DNA of 64,000 nt. Origin: Halothiobacillaceae bacterium. GTDB lineage: Bacteria > Pseudomonadota > Gammaproteobacteria > Halothiobacillales > Halothiobacillaceae. The notes below the pieces were generated by a model that ran no database searches, was not told the DNA's origin, and saw only the letters and a program-made list of their open reading frames with translations. Location of the stretch: assembly GCA_046541195.1 (NCBI GenBank), contig JBKHDT010000007.1, positions 1,008 through 65,007 on the forward strand. Reading direction: 5' to 3'. Both the position numbers and the translations under genes were made by a program. Below are positions 41,574 to 49,962 of the stretch, in pieces (position 1 is the first letter of the stretch; every line of letters starts with the position of its first letter).

Positions 41574-41624
41574 CCACATGCTACACTCAAGTCCACCCAA
41601 CGAGATGAACCAGTGACCGGCCCC

Positions 41625-42539
41625 ATGTCCATCGACTCCAAGCAGCCAGAACACGACGGACTGTACCCGATCCGCGCGGTCGCGCAGATGACCGGGATCA
41701 ACCCGATCACGCTGCGCGCCTGGGAGCGGCGCTACGGGCTGATTCGTCCCCTGCGCACCGACTCGGGGCACCGCCTGTACAGCCAGCGGGACGTGGATCG
41801 GATTCGCCGGATCCTGGAGCTGAGCGAGCAGGGCGTGGCACTCGCCCAGGTGAGCCGGGTGCTGGAAAGCGAACAGGGTTCGCAGCCCGGGGCTGCGCCC
41901 GGCCCGGCCGGCACCGGGGCACGCGCGGTCCGGGAACAGGAAACCCTCGGGCAGATCCTGGATGACGCGCTGGAAGAGATCAGCGAGATCCGGCTGCAGG
42001 CATTTCTGGATGAGGCGCTGCGCTGGCTGCCACCGGTCCGGGTGCTCCAGCAATGGTTGCTGCCTGCCTGCCGGAAGCTGGGCGAACAAAGGCAGCAGGA
42101 TGCCGAGGCCGCCCTGCGCCACCTGTGGCTGATTGAGCGCACCCGGCAGCTTGTCCAGGGCGTGCTGAGCCACCGGGCCGGGACCGAGGCTCCGGTGCTG
42201 GTTGCCACCGTGGCGCCGGAGCATGACCGTCTGCCCGCCCTGTCGCTCGCCACCGAGCTGCTGGGCCGGGGTGCAGGCTGCCGGCTGCTGGAAACACCCA
42301 CCGGGATCGACGTGATCCTGCAGGCACACCACCGCTGGCGGTGCCGGGCGGTGGTGCTCTGTGCCGAGGCGGGGCTCCCGGTTTCCGTGACCGGCCCCCA
42401 TCACGAGGCGCTGAGCGGCCTGGGCAGCGGACTGTTCGTGCTGTCCGGCGCGTTCGATGGCGCGCTTTGGCCTGCCAATGCGCGCGTTCTGGAGCCGGAT
42501 TCGACCACCATGCTGGACAAGGTACTCGCCACCCATTGA
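41625..42539 (+). CDS. MerR-family transcriptional regulator with a LitR/CarH-like C-terminal domain and a degenerate B12-binding motif
   Basis: N-terminal MerR HTH YPIRAVAQMTGINPITLRAWERRYGLIRPLRTDSGHRLYS. The C-terminal part has a Rossmann-like VLVATVAPEHDRLPALSLATELLGRGAGCRLL segment where B12-binding proteins carry E-x-H-x-x-G; here it reads E-H-D-R-L-P. Start is ATG 41625 or GTG 41613. Confidence 0.8.
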   Translation: MSIDSKQPEHDGLYPIRAVAQMTGINPITLRAWERRYGLIRPLRTDSGHRLYSQRDVDRIRRILELSEQGVALAQVSRVLESEQGSQPGAAPGPAGTGARAVREQETLGQILDDALEEISEIRLQAFLDEALRWLPPVRVLQQWLLPACRKLGEQRQQDAEAALRHLWLIERTRQLVQGVLSHRAGTEAPVLVATVAPEHDRLPALSLATELLGRGAGCRLLETPTGIDVILQAHHRWRCRAVVLCAEAGLPVSVTGPHHEALSGLGSGLFVLSGAFDGALWPANARVLEPDSTTMLDKVLATH

Positions 42540-42722
42540 GCCGCTTTGCCCGCGGCAGTCCGTTCATCGCGGCCGCGCAGGTTGGGCACGCCGGTTCAAC
42601 AGCCATCCGGTTTTCGGCTAAACTGCCTGGTATCCGTAATGTCCTGGCCGCAGGGGCGCCGGCGCGTACGGTTCGCGTCCCGCTCCGATGGCCCGGCAAA
42701 CTCCCTGCGCCGGAAACCAACG

Positions 42723-43175
42723 ATGCTCAAACCCGAGTTGCTGCTCAAGGTCGTCAACGCATCCAACGACGGCATGGTCATTGCCGAACAGGAAGGCGAC
42801 GACAACATCCTGATCTACGTGAATGCGGCATTCGAACGACTCTCTGGATATGACCGGGACGAAATCCTCTACCAGGATTGCCGCTTTCTGCAGGCCGATG
42901 ACCGTGACCAGCCCGGGCTGGGGCAGATCCGGCAGGCGATCGCGGCGGGCAAACCGGTCCGCGCGGTGCTGAGAAACTACCGCAAGGACGGCAGTCTGTT
43001 CTGGAACGAGTTGTCCATCACGCCGGTATTCAATGAAGAGGACAACCTCACCTACTTCATCGGCATCCAGAAGGACGTGTCCGAGAACGTCGCGCTGCGC
43101 GAGGAGGTCGAGGCCCTGCGCAAGCGCGTCGCCCAGCTCGAGGCCCGGCTGGCCGGCGAAGAGCCGGCCGGCTGA
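42723..43175 (+). CDS. Short LOV-domain blue-light photoreceptor (FMN-binding PAS plus a J-alpha/coiled-coil tail, no effector domain)
   Basis: 150 aa after trimming. Blocks NASNDGMVIAEQEGDDNILIYVNAAF..LSGY.RDEILYQDCRFLQ..DRDQ...NYRKDGS.FWNELSITPV......YFIGIQKDVS contain the photoactive Cys in the (N/D)CRFLQ motif. They closely match what I recall of the Pseudomonas putida PpSB1/PpSB2 short LOV proteins. Confidence 0.9.
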   Translation: MLKPELLLKVVNASNDGMVIAEQEGDDNILIYVNAAFERLSGYDRDEILYQDCRFLQADDRDQPGLGQIRQAIAAGKPVRAVLRNYRKDGSLFWNELSITPVFNEEDNLTYFIGIQKDVSENVALREEVEALRKRVAQLEARLAGEEPAG

Positions 43176-43197
43176 CGCCGGCGCACCGGGCGGTCGA

Positions 43198-44052
43198 TCA
43201 GAACTCCATCTGGCCGGGGCGCCGGGGACGGTGCACTCCCTCGTCCGGCTGCGCGGACGGCAGCGGCTCCTCGTTTCCAGACCCCGGCGATCCGGCCGAA
43301 CCGGAAACTTCCCCGAACACGGACTGGTATGCGGCGTACACCGCGGCGACCATCACCGGGACAAACAGGATCAGCCCCAGGCCCATCGGCATCATCGCCA
43401 GCATCCCCAGGCCCGCGCTCACCAGCCCGAAGACCAGAAACGCGCCCAGATTGGCCGCAATGGCAGCCAGGCTTTGCCTGAGCGCGGCCAGCGCCGGTTG
43501 GCCGCCCAGCGCCGCCAGCGGCACGGCAAAGGTCATGGCGGCCATCCACAGGGCCCAGCCGGCAAACAGCAGCAACCACGCCCAGGGGGACACCCCGGCG
43601 ATCATCGCCTTCAGCTGCTCCTGATCGATTTCCTGCAAGATCGCCGGGTCCTCGGGCAACGACATCGTCGTGACCAGCAGCACCGCCAGGAAAAAGTTGA
43701 CCAGCAGGCTCAAGCCTCCAAGCGACAGCAACGGCCCGCGGCGCGCAGGTTCCGTCAGACCGTCGAACAGCAGCGAAAGGGGCACACCCTGCTCACGAGC
43801 CAGCGGGTCGACGGCCACATCCCGACGCACCTGAGCGATGCGGTCGACCAGAAGGTACAGGCCGCCCACGAGGGCCGGAGTCACGACCATCGAGATCAGC
43901 GAACCGATGAACGGCACCAGAGACAAGGCAAGCTGCACCAGGATCATCACGATCAGGGCGAGCAGCAGCGCCCCCGGCCGGCTGGCAAACAACCGCCAGC
44001 CCTCGACGATCCATTGCCAGCCCGCACCCGCGGACACCTTGCGATAATTCAT
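43198..44052 (-). CDS. Integral membrane protein (BPSS1780/DUF2189-like)
   Basis: Trimmed to MNYRKVSAGAGWQWIVEGWRLF..., an N-terminal signature typical of that family. About 6 TM helices. Ser/Gly/Pro-rich tail. Confidence 0.55.
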   Translation of the reverse strand: MNYRKVSAGAGWQWIVEGWRLFASRPGALLLALIVMILVQLALSLVPFIGSLISMVVTPALVGGLYLLVDRIAQVRRDVAVDPLAREQGVPLSLLFDGLTEPARRGPLLSLGGLSLLVNFFLAVLLVTTMSLPEDPAILQEIDQEQLKAMIAGVSPWAWLLLFAGWALWMAAMTFAVPLAALGGQPALAALRQSLAAIAANLGAFLVFGLVSAGLGMLAMMPMGLGLILFVPVMVAAVYAAYQSVFGEVSGSAGSPGSGNEEPLPSAQPDEGVHRPRRPGQMEF

Positions 44053-44528
44053 CCTGCACCTGTCCTTGAGCCGGAACGACATGCCCGGCACCCCTGTGAA
44101 TTTCAAGCCGCCCGCCGGGTCGGGGCAGGCCTCTGATCAGGCCCAAAGCATACCAGCGACGCCGCCGGGAGGGGACTGGCCGCGCGTTCCGACCCCGGAA
44201 AGCGCCTTGAATCCCACGCAGATCACCGGGAATGCCGCATCTGGGCCAGAGACGGGGCTTGACCTGCGATGACCAACAGGGTTTGATCCGGGCTCGAAGA
44301 ATTCACCGAAACCCGGGCTTGCCGGTGTCACGGGAACCGTCTCAGGACCCGGTCACCGGGCATCCGCACCAGGTCGCCTGAGCGGTCGCAGGCAGGACGG
44401 CAGGGGATACGGCCGTCCCTCGGGAATTCCTCGTGACACCGATACCCTGCGTGCCCGTCGCAGGACTTGATGGCACCAGGCGCCTCGCCCGCGAGGCGCG
44501 CCGGGCCGAAACGGAGGATGCACCAAGA

Positions 44529-45275
44529 ATGCGCAACGCACTGATTTTCGACGTCGACGGCACACTCGCCGACACCGAGCGGGACGGTCACCGGATCGCC
44601 TTCAACCGGGCCTTTGCCGAGGCCGGGCTTGACTGGAACTGGGACATCCATACCTATGGCCGGCTGCTCGCCGTCACCGGCGGCAAGGAGCGCATCCGCC
44701 ATTTCATCGAAACCGACGATCCGCCGCTGCCGGCCACCAGCGACCTGGCCGACTGGATTGCCGGCATGCACCGGGCCAAGACCCGCCACTACGTGGCCAT
44801 GATGCAGGAAGGCCGGATTCCCCTGCGCCCCGGCGTCGCCCGGTTGATCCACGCGGCGCGCGACGCCGGCATGACCCTGGCGATTGCCACGACCACCACG
44901 CCCGAGAATGTCGAAGCGCTTCTTTGCGCGACGCTCGGCGCCGAGTCGCCCGGCTGGTTTTCCTGCATCGCGGCCGGCGACATCGTTCCGGCCAAGAAGC
45001 CCGCGCCGGACATCTACGATTACGTGCTTGCGCAACTGGACATTCCCTCGGACGAGGCGCTGGCGCTCGAGGATTCGCGCAATGGCCTGCGTTCGGCTCG
45101 CGGTGCCGAACTCGACACGCTGATCACCGTCAATGACTATACCCGGGAAGAGGATTTTGGCGGGGCGCTGGCGGTACTCGACCACCTGGGCGAACCGGAC
45201 GCGCACTGCACGACGTTGCAGGGGATCGCGCCGCCGGAAGGCTACGTGACCCTGAACTACCTGCGCCAGCTTTAG
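44529..45275 (+). CDS. cbbY: HAD-family phosphatase, CbbY-like
   Basis: Trimmed to MRNALIFDVDGTLADTERDGHRIAFNRAF, with GGAGGA upstream. HAD motifs I-IV are present. The TYGRLLAVTGGKERI block is typical of CbbY. Confidence 0.75.
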   Translation: MRNALIFDVDGTLADTERDGHRIAFNRAFAEAGLDWNWDIHTYGRLLAVTGGKERIRHFIETDDPPLPATSDLADWIAGMHRAKTRHYVAMMQEGRIPLRPGVARLIHAARDAGMTLAIATTTTPENVEALLCATLGAESPGWFSCIAAGDIVPAKKPAPDIYDYVLAQLDIPSDEALALEDSRNGLRSARGAELDTLITVNDYTREEDFGGALAVLDHLGEPDAHCTTLQGIAPPEGYVTLNYLRQL

Positions 45276-45414
45276 AGCACGCGCGGGCGCCGGACGTTCG
45301 CAAGACCGGCATGACCGTTGCGGTTTGCTACACTGGACAATCGATCCGGCATGTCCCCGGACGCGCACCAGGCATCACGGGTCCATTTCTTTTCAGCCGA
45401 CGGAAAATCACTTC

Positions 45415-45804
45415 ATGACCACGACCGCCGACTTCGACTACGACAACTTCGTGGACCAGCTCGAGGAGGTCATCTACTGGCACCAGGCCTGGCACATGCG
45501 TCTTGTGGGCGCGCTGCTTTTCGGGCGGCCCTTCGTCGATGTGGATCACCACCAGTGTCACTTCGGAAGGTTCCTGGACACCACGGACACCCCCCCGGGC
45601 CGGGATGACCAGATCAACCAGATCGGACAGCTGCATGCACGCATGCACGAGCTGGCGGAGGAGATGCTCATCGAGATGCGCGAGAATCGGCGCGTCGACG
45701 AAGAACAGTTCGACGAGTTCATGGAGTCGCAGAGCCTGTTTTTCACGGTCACCGGAGGCCTGCTGCGCTCGGCGATCGAGGACCGGATGCGGGCGGCCGA
45801 CTGA
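45415..45804 (+). CDS. Stand-alone chemoreceptor zinc-binding (CZB) domain protein
   Basis: 129 aa. H-x19-C-x-F-G-x-F-L ... H-x3-H spacing (WHMRL...HHQCHFGRFL...LHARMHEL) matches the CZB zinc-ligand pattern. No other domain present. Confidence 0.6.
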   Translation: MTTTADFDYDNFVDQLEEVIYWHQAWHMRLVGALLFGRPFVDVDHHQCHFGRFLDTTDTPPGRDDQINQIGQLHARMHELAEEMLIEMRENRRVDEEQFDEFMESQSLFFTVTGGLLRSAIEDRMRAAD

Positions 45805-45858
45805 CGACCACGCACCCGGCCGGTTCGGGGCCGCCCGCCGGCCTTGATCCGCCATCCG

Positions 45859-46500
45859 CTACAGCCAGACCTCCATCGGGGCGTAATTCACCAGCGCCCG
45901 CAGGATGTCACTTCGGGTGACGACCCCGACCAGCCGGTCGGTTTCGTCCACCAGCGGCATCCCGTGAACGCCCTGTTCAAGCAGCACCCGCGCCAGCTCG
46001 CGCACGTTGGTGTCCGGCCGGGCCGCGATGACCCGCTCCCGCCCGATGTCCACCGCCCGCAGGCGGCGCGGCTCGCGCAGCCTGAGCGCAACCAGGTATT
46101 CCGCCTTTTCCATGTCCCCCCGGGTGACGATGCCGGCCAGCCGACCATCATGGCGGACCAGCGGCGCCATCCCGACGGGGTGCTGGACAAAGAACTCCCG
46201 GGTCTGCTCGAAACTGGCATCCCGGTCAAGCCGCTGCACCGGCTCGGACATGATCTGCCGGGCCGTGCGCACCGGCCCGGGTTCCCGCAACGCCCGCCCG
46301 GAGGTCTCCTCATACGCCGCGGCGCCCCCGGCCTTGGTGCCCCGCGGTCGCGGAGGCTTCTCGAAGGCGGACGGTTGACGATCGTTGTGCACCCGCGCGA
46401 CGGCATCCCCGGCCTCCGGCTCATGCAACAGCCCCTTCTCGAAGGCCTCGGTCAGCGGAACACGGTCGGCGACCCCGTGCCCGAATACGATGAAACTCAT
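45859..46500 (-). CDS. CBS-pair domain protein
   Basis: 213 aa. Two CBS repeats (ARQIMSEPVQRL...GIVTRGDM and ...GMPLVDETDRLVGVVTRSDILRA). ATGA overlap with the sbcB stop. Confidence 0.75.
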   Translation of the reverse strand: MSFIVFGHGVADRVPLTEAFEKGLLHEPEAGDAVARVHNDRQPSAFEKPPRPRGTKAGGAAAYEETSGRALREPGPVRTARQIMSEPVQRLDRDASFEQTREFFVQHPVGMAPLVRHDGRLAGIVTRGDMEKAEYLVALRLREPRRLRAVDIGRERVIAARPDTNVRELARVLLEQGVHGMPLVDETDRLVGVVTRSDILRALVNYAPMEVWL

Positions 46501-47960
46501 GCTTGCAAAGCCTCTTTGCGCTTTCGTCCCCAGCCTGCCAGTGCGTCCAGCAACGGCATCTGATCCGCCCCGGCAGTCTCCCTTGCCCGTGCCAGTGCCC
46601 GTTCGAAGCCGCTGAAATCCAGCACGCCGGGGACGTGACTCGGCTGCCCGCTGACACCCAGGCGTCGCCGACAGTATGCCCGATAGGCCTCAACCACCCG
46701 GTCACCCGCGCGATCCGGCACGTTGCGTGCAAGATATCGTGCCACCAGGGGCTCCAGACGTGAATCAGCAAAACGGCATGCCGGGATATCGGCCGGCGAG
46801 CCGGGATCCTGAAGCACCGTCAGGACTGCCGAGCGCACCGCGTCCAGCCGGGCCCGGTCCCCGTCGTCCACAAACCCCTCGTACAGCGCGGCTTCAGGCT
46901 CGGGGGCCGCCGGCATCACCGCCATGGACCGGATGACCGCCTGCACCCGAGACACGAATGCCTCGTGGTGCCTGCGGCACCAGCGCAGGTGGCGGCCGAC
47001 CCGGTCCGGGTCCAGAGCCATCCGTTCGGCCACGCCGGGTTCCTTGAGCACCGACGAGGCCACCAGGACCGGGGCGCGGTTGAGATGAACGTTCTTGATC
47101 GCGGGGCGCAATGCGCCCGCAGGCAGGTCTGCCGCGGGCGTTACCAGCCAGCGGGCCAGGTCTTCGGGTTCCTGCGCCATCAGCGCCTCGGGGTCATGAC
47201 GCAGGTCCCAGCAGGCCACCTGGTTGTTCACCGGCTGGACCGGCAAGGGCAGGACCAGCGAGGCGGCGCCCTGCATTGCAGGAAAACGCCCGGACACATG
47301 CAGAACCGGTGCCATTTCGCGGTGGTCAAGCATGCGCCGGACGACCTGCTTGGATCTCAGCGAGAGCAGATAGTCGAACAGGGCGGGCTGGGCGGCACGC
47401 AAGCGCCGTGCAAGCGACAGCGTCGCCTGCACATCCGCCAGCGCATCGTGGGCATCATCGTGCGCCAGGCCATTGGCCGCGGTCAGGTCTTCGAGCCGGA
47501 ACGAGGGCGTGCCGTCCGGGTGGTCGGGCCACTGGAGCCCCCCGGGTCGCAGCAGGCGGGCGCAGCGCAGGGCGTCAAGCAGATCCCAGCGGGTATTGCC
47601 GTCCCGCCACTCGTGCGCGTAGGGATCGAAGAGGTTGCGCCAGAACAGGTGACGGGTCACCTCGGCGTCAAAGTGCATGCTGTTGAAGCCCACGGTACAG
47701 GTTCCCGGCACGGCAAACCGCTGGGCGATCCGCGCCGCGAACAGAGCCTCGGGCAGGGCGGTGTCCGAAGCCGGCAGCACCCCGGTCACCAGCACCGCCT
47801 CAGGGTGCGGAAGCACGTCTTCAGGCAGGCGCATTCGGAACATGTCCGGCTCGTCCAGAGGTTCGAGGTGATCGTTGGTCCGCAAGCCGGCGAACTGCAG
47901 CGGGCGATCCAGTCGCGTGTCGATGCCCGTGGTTTCAAAGTCGTACCAGTAAAAACTCAC
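46497..47960 (-). CDS. sbcB: Exodeoxyribonuclease I
   Basis: 487 aa. DnaQ-like exo motif FYWYDFETTG, plus HDALADV and the SH3-like/C-terminal ExoI region. Confidence 0.92.
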   Translation of the reverse strand: MSFYWYDFETTGIDTRLDRPLQFAGLRTNDHLEPLDEPDMFRMRLPEDVLPHPEAVLVTGVLPASDTALPEALFAARIAQRFAVPGTCTVGFNSMHFDAEVTRHLFWRNLFDPYAHEWRDGNTRWDLLDALRCARLLRPGGLQWPDHPDGTPSFRLEDLTAANGLAHDDAHDALADVQATLSLARRLRAAQPALFDYLLSLRSKQVVRRMLDHREMAPVLHVSGRFPAMQGAASLVLPLPVQPVNNQVACWDLRHDPEALMAQEPEDLARWLVTPAADLPAGALRPAIKNVHLNRAPVLVASSVLKEPGVAERMALDPDRVGRHLRWCRRHHEAFVSRVQAVIRSMAVMPAAPEPEAALYEGFVDDGDRARLDAVRSAVLTVLQDPGSPADIPACRFADSRLEPLVARYLARNVPDRAGDRVVEAYRAYCRRRLGVSGQPSHVPGVLDFSGFERALARARETAGADQMPLLDALAGWGRKRKEALQA

Positions 47961-47964
47961 CGCA

Positions 47965-49896
47965 TCAACGCTCCCGGGGCTCCACGGAGGACATCACCCG
48001 CGCCAGGGGCTCCACCGGCTCGTCCAGTCGCCAGGCGAAGATCGGCATGGCCGAGAGCACGGCCCGCAGATAACGCCGCGTCTCGGTGAACGGCACCGTC
48101 TCGATCCAGATGTCAGCCGGCAGGGCCCGTGCCGGCAGCCACTGGCGCACCCGGCCCTGACCGGCGTTGTAGGCAGCCGTGGCAAGCACCTGGTGATCGC
48201 CGAAAAGATCGGACAGATACCCAAGATAATAGGCGCCCAGCGACAGGTTGGTGTCGATATCGGTCAGGTCACCCAGCGCGACCGGGCTGCGGCGCCGCTG
48301 CCCAAGCCATTCGGCCGTGGCCGGCATCAGCTGCATCAGCCCCTGGGCGCCGGCGGATGAACCCACATCATGCATGAACAGGCTCTCCCGGCGCATGACG
48401 GCATAGATCCAGGTGGCCGAGACGTTTTCCCGGTCGGCAAGCAGCTCGACCCGGTCGCGCCAGGGAAGCGGGTAGCGCAGGTCGAGTCGCTCATGCCCGC
48501 CGACACGCTTGAATCGTCCGACGGCCACCGCCGCCCGGTCATGCCAGGCCCAGTCGTCGGCCAGCTCGGCGGCGAGCTCCAGTTCCTCGGCCGACAGGCG
48601 CCCCAGGCAGTGATTCCACTGCAGGCGGGCCTGGCGCAACATGCCAAGCGCCAGAAATTCGCGAGCCATCCGGATCCCGGGGCGTCCGGCCAGCGCGGCC
48701 CGCTGGGCAGACGAGAACCGCGCGCCCGGGTGATCGAGTGCATAGCGCTGACCCAGCCGGTCCGCGGACAGCATGCCGTAATAGTCCGGGACCGCCGCCA
48801 GGTCCCGCCAGATCGCCTCGGCCCGATCGTCCGCGCCCGTCTCGGCCAATGCCCGGGCCTGCCAGTACCGCCACTGCGTCTCGGCCTGCTCGGCCGGCTC
48901 AAGGCGCTCGAAGGCAGCCAGAACCGCCGCCCAGTCTAGGGCACGCAGCGCGGCCCGCACACGCCAGGCCCGAACGCTCTCGTCCGAATACTCGTCCGGG
49001 ACCCGGACCAGCCAGGCCAGGGCGTCGGACCGATGCCGCCAGGCCGCGCGCAGGCCGATTTCGCGGCGAATCTGCGCGCGCTCGCCGGCTGTCAGTCCCC
49101 AGTCATCGGGCAGACGTTCGGCAAGGGCCATGACCGGATCAAGCCGGTCCCGGGCGGCCCAGCGAAATGCCGCCACGCGAATTTCGTTGCCCGCCACCGC
49201 GGACGGTCGTCCCGCCTCGAGCTGGGCGGAAAGGTAGGCCAGCGGCTCGGACCGGGCGCGCTCCAGCTCTCCCAGGTAATCGCGCAGCGACTCGGACTGG
49301 TCACGGGCCAGATAACGGGCCAGACCGGGGTTGTTCTGCTCCATGGCCAGCCGAATGCGGGTTCGCCGAAGATCCTCGTCGACCCACTGACGTGTGTAGA
49401 GCACGTCGAACACCGGGTCGCAGGCCTCCGGCCGGCTCGTTCCACTCAACCATTTTTCGCGTGCCAGGCTGAGCCACTGGCCGGACGGTTGATCCAGGCG
49501 ATATTCCGCGTGCAGCCGGTGACAGCCCAGGGTGACCTCGTCGTCGACTTCCGGACGGTGCACGCCCAGAAACTCGGGCCAGCGCTCCTGATCGGCCAGG
49601 CGGTGCAACAGCGACGCGCGCAGGTTGCCGGCAAGGTAGAAATGCGGCCAGTCGGCCTCGAAGGCCAGCACCTGCTCGACCGGCAGTTCGTCCAGCCGCT
49701 CCCTGAGCAACCGGTATTCGAGGTAGGGGCGCAGCGGGTAGTCGTCCAGCGACTGCAGCCGTGCAAGCGCCTGGTCCGGGTTTCCCGCAGACAGGGCATC
49801 CAGCGCCTCGCGAAACAGCTCGCGCTCACTCTGCGCAGCCACAGCCTGCGTGCCCAGCAGCAACGCCCCCAGGATGGTCATCACGATTCGTCTCAT
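47965..49896 (-). CDS. slt: Soluble lytic murein transglycosylase (Slt70-like)
   Basis: 643 aa. Signal peptide, superhelical U-domain, and a C-terminal goose-type lysozyme-like domain with ES...GLMQLMP...AYNAG. Confidence 0.9.
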   Translation of the reverse strand: MRRIVMTILGALLLGTQAVAAQSERELFREALDALSAGNPDQALARLQSLDDYPLRPYLEYRLLRERLDELPVEQVLAFEADWPHFYLAGNLRASLLHRLADQERWPEFLGVHRPEVDDEVTLGCHRLHAEYRLDQPSGQWLSLAREKWLSGTSRPEACDPVFDVLYTRQWVDEDLRRTRIRLAMEQNNPGLARYLARDQSESLRDYLGELERARSEPLAYLSAQLEAGRPSAVAGNEIRVAAFRWAARDRLDPVMALAERLPDDWGLTAGERAQIRREIGLRAAWRHRSDALAWLVRVPDEYSDESVRAWRVRAALRALDWAAVLAAFERLEPAEQAETQWRYWQARALAETGADDRAEAIWRDLAAVPDYYGMLSADRLGQRYALDHPGARFSSAQRAALAGRPGIRMAREFLALGMLRQARLQWNHCLGRLSAEELELAAELADDWAWHDRAAVAVGRFKRVGGHERLDLRYPLPWRDRVELLADRENVSATWIYAVMRRESLFMHDVGSSAGAQGLMQLMPATAEWLGQRRRSPVALGDLTDIDTNLSLGAYYLGYLSDLFGDHQVLATAAYNAGQGRVRQWLPARALPADIWIETVPFTETRRYLRAVLSAMPIFAWRLDEPVEPLARVMSSVEPRER

Positions 49897-49962
49897 CCTA
49901 ACCTCCGACCACCGTCACCTTTTCGCGGTTGACCTGACCTGACGATTCCGCATTATCGCGTC

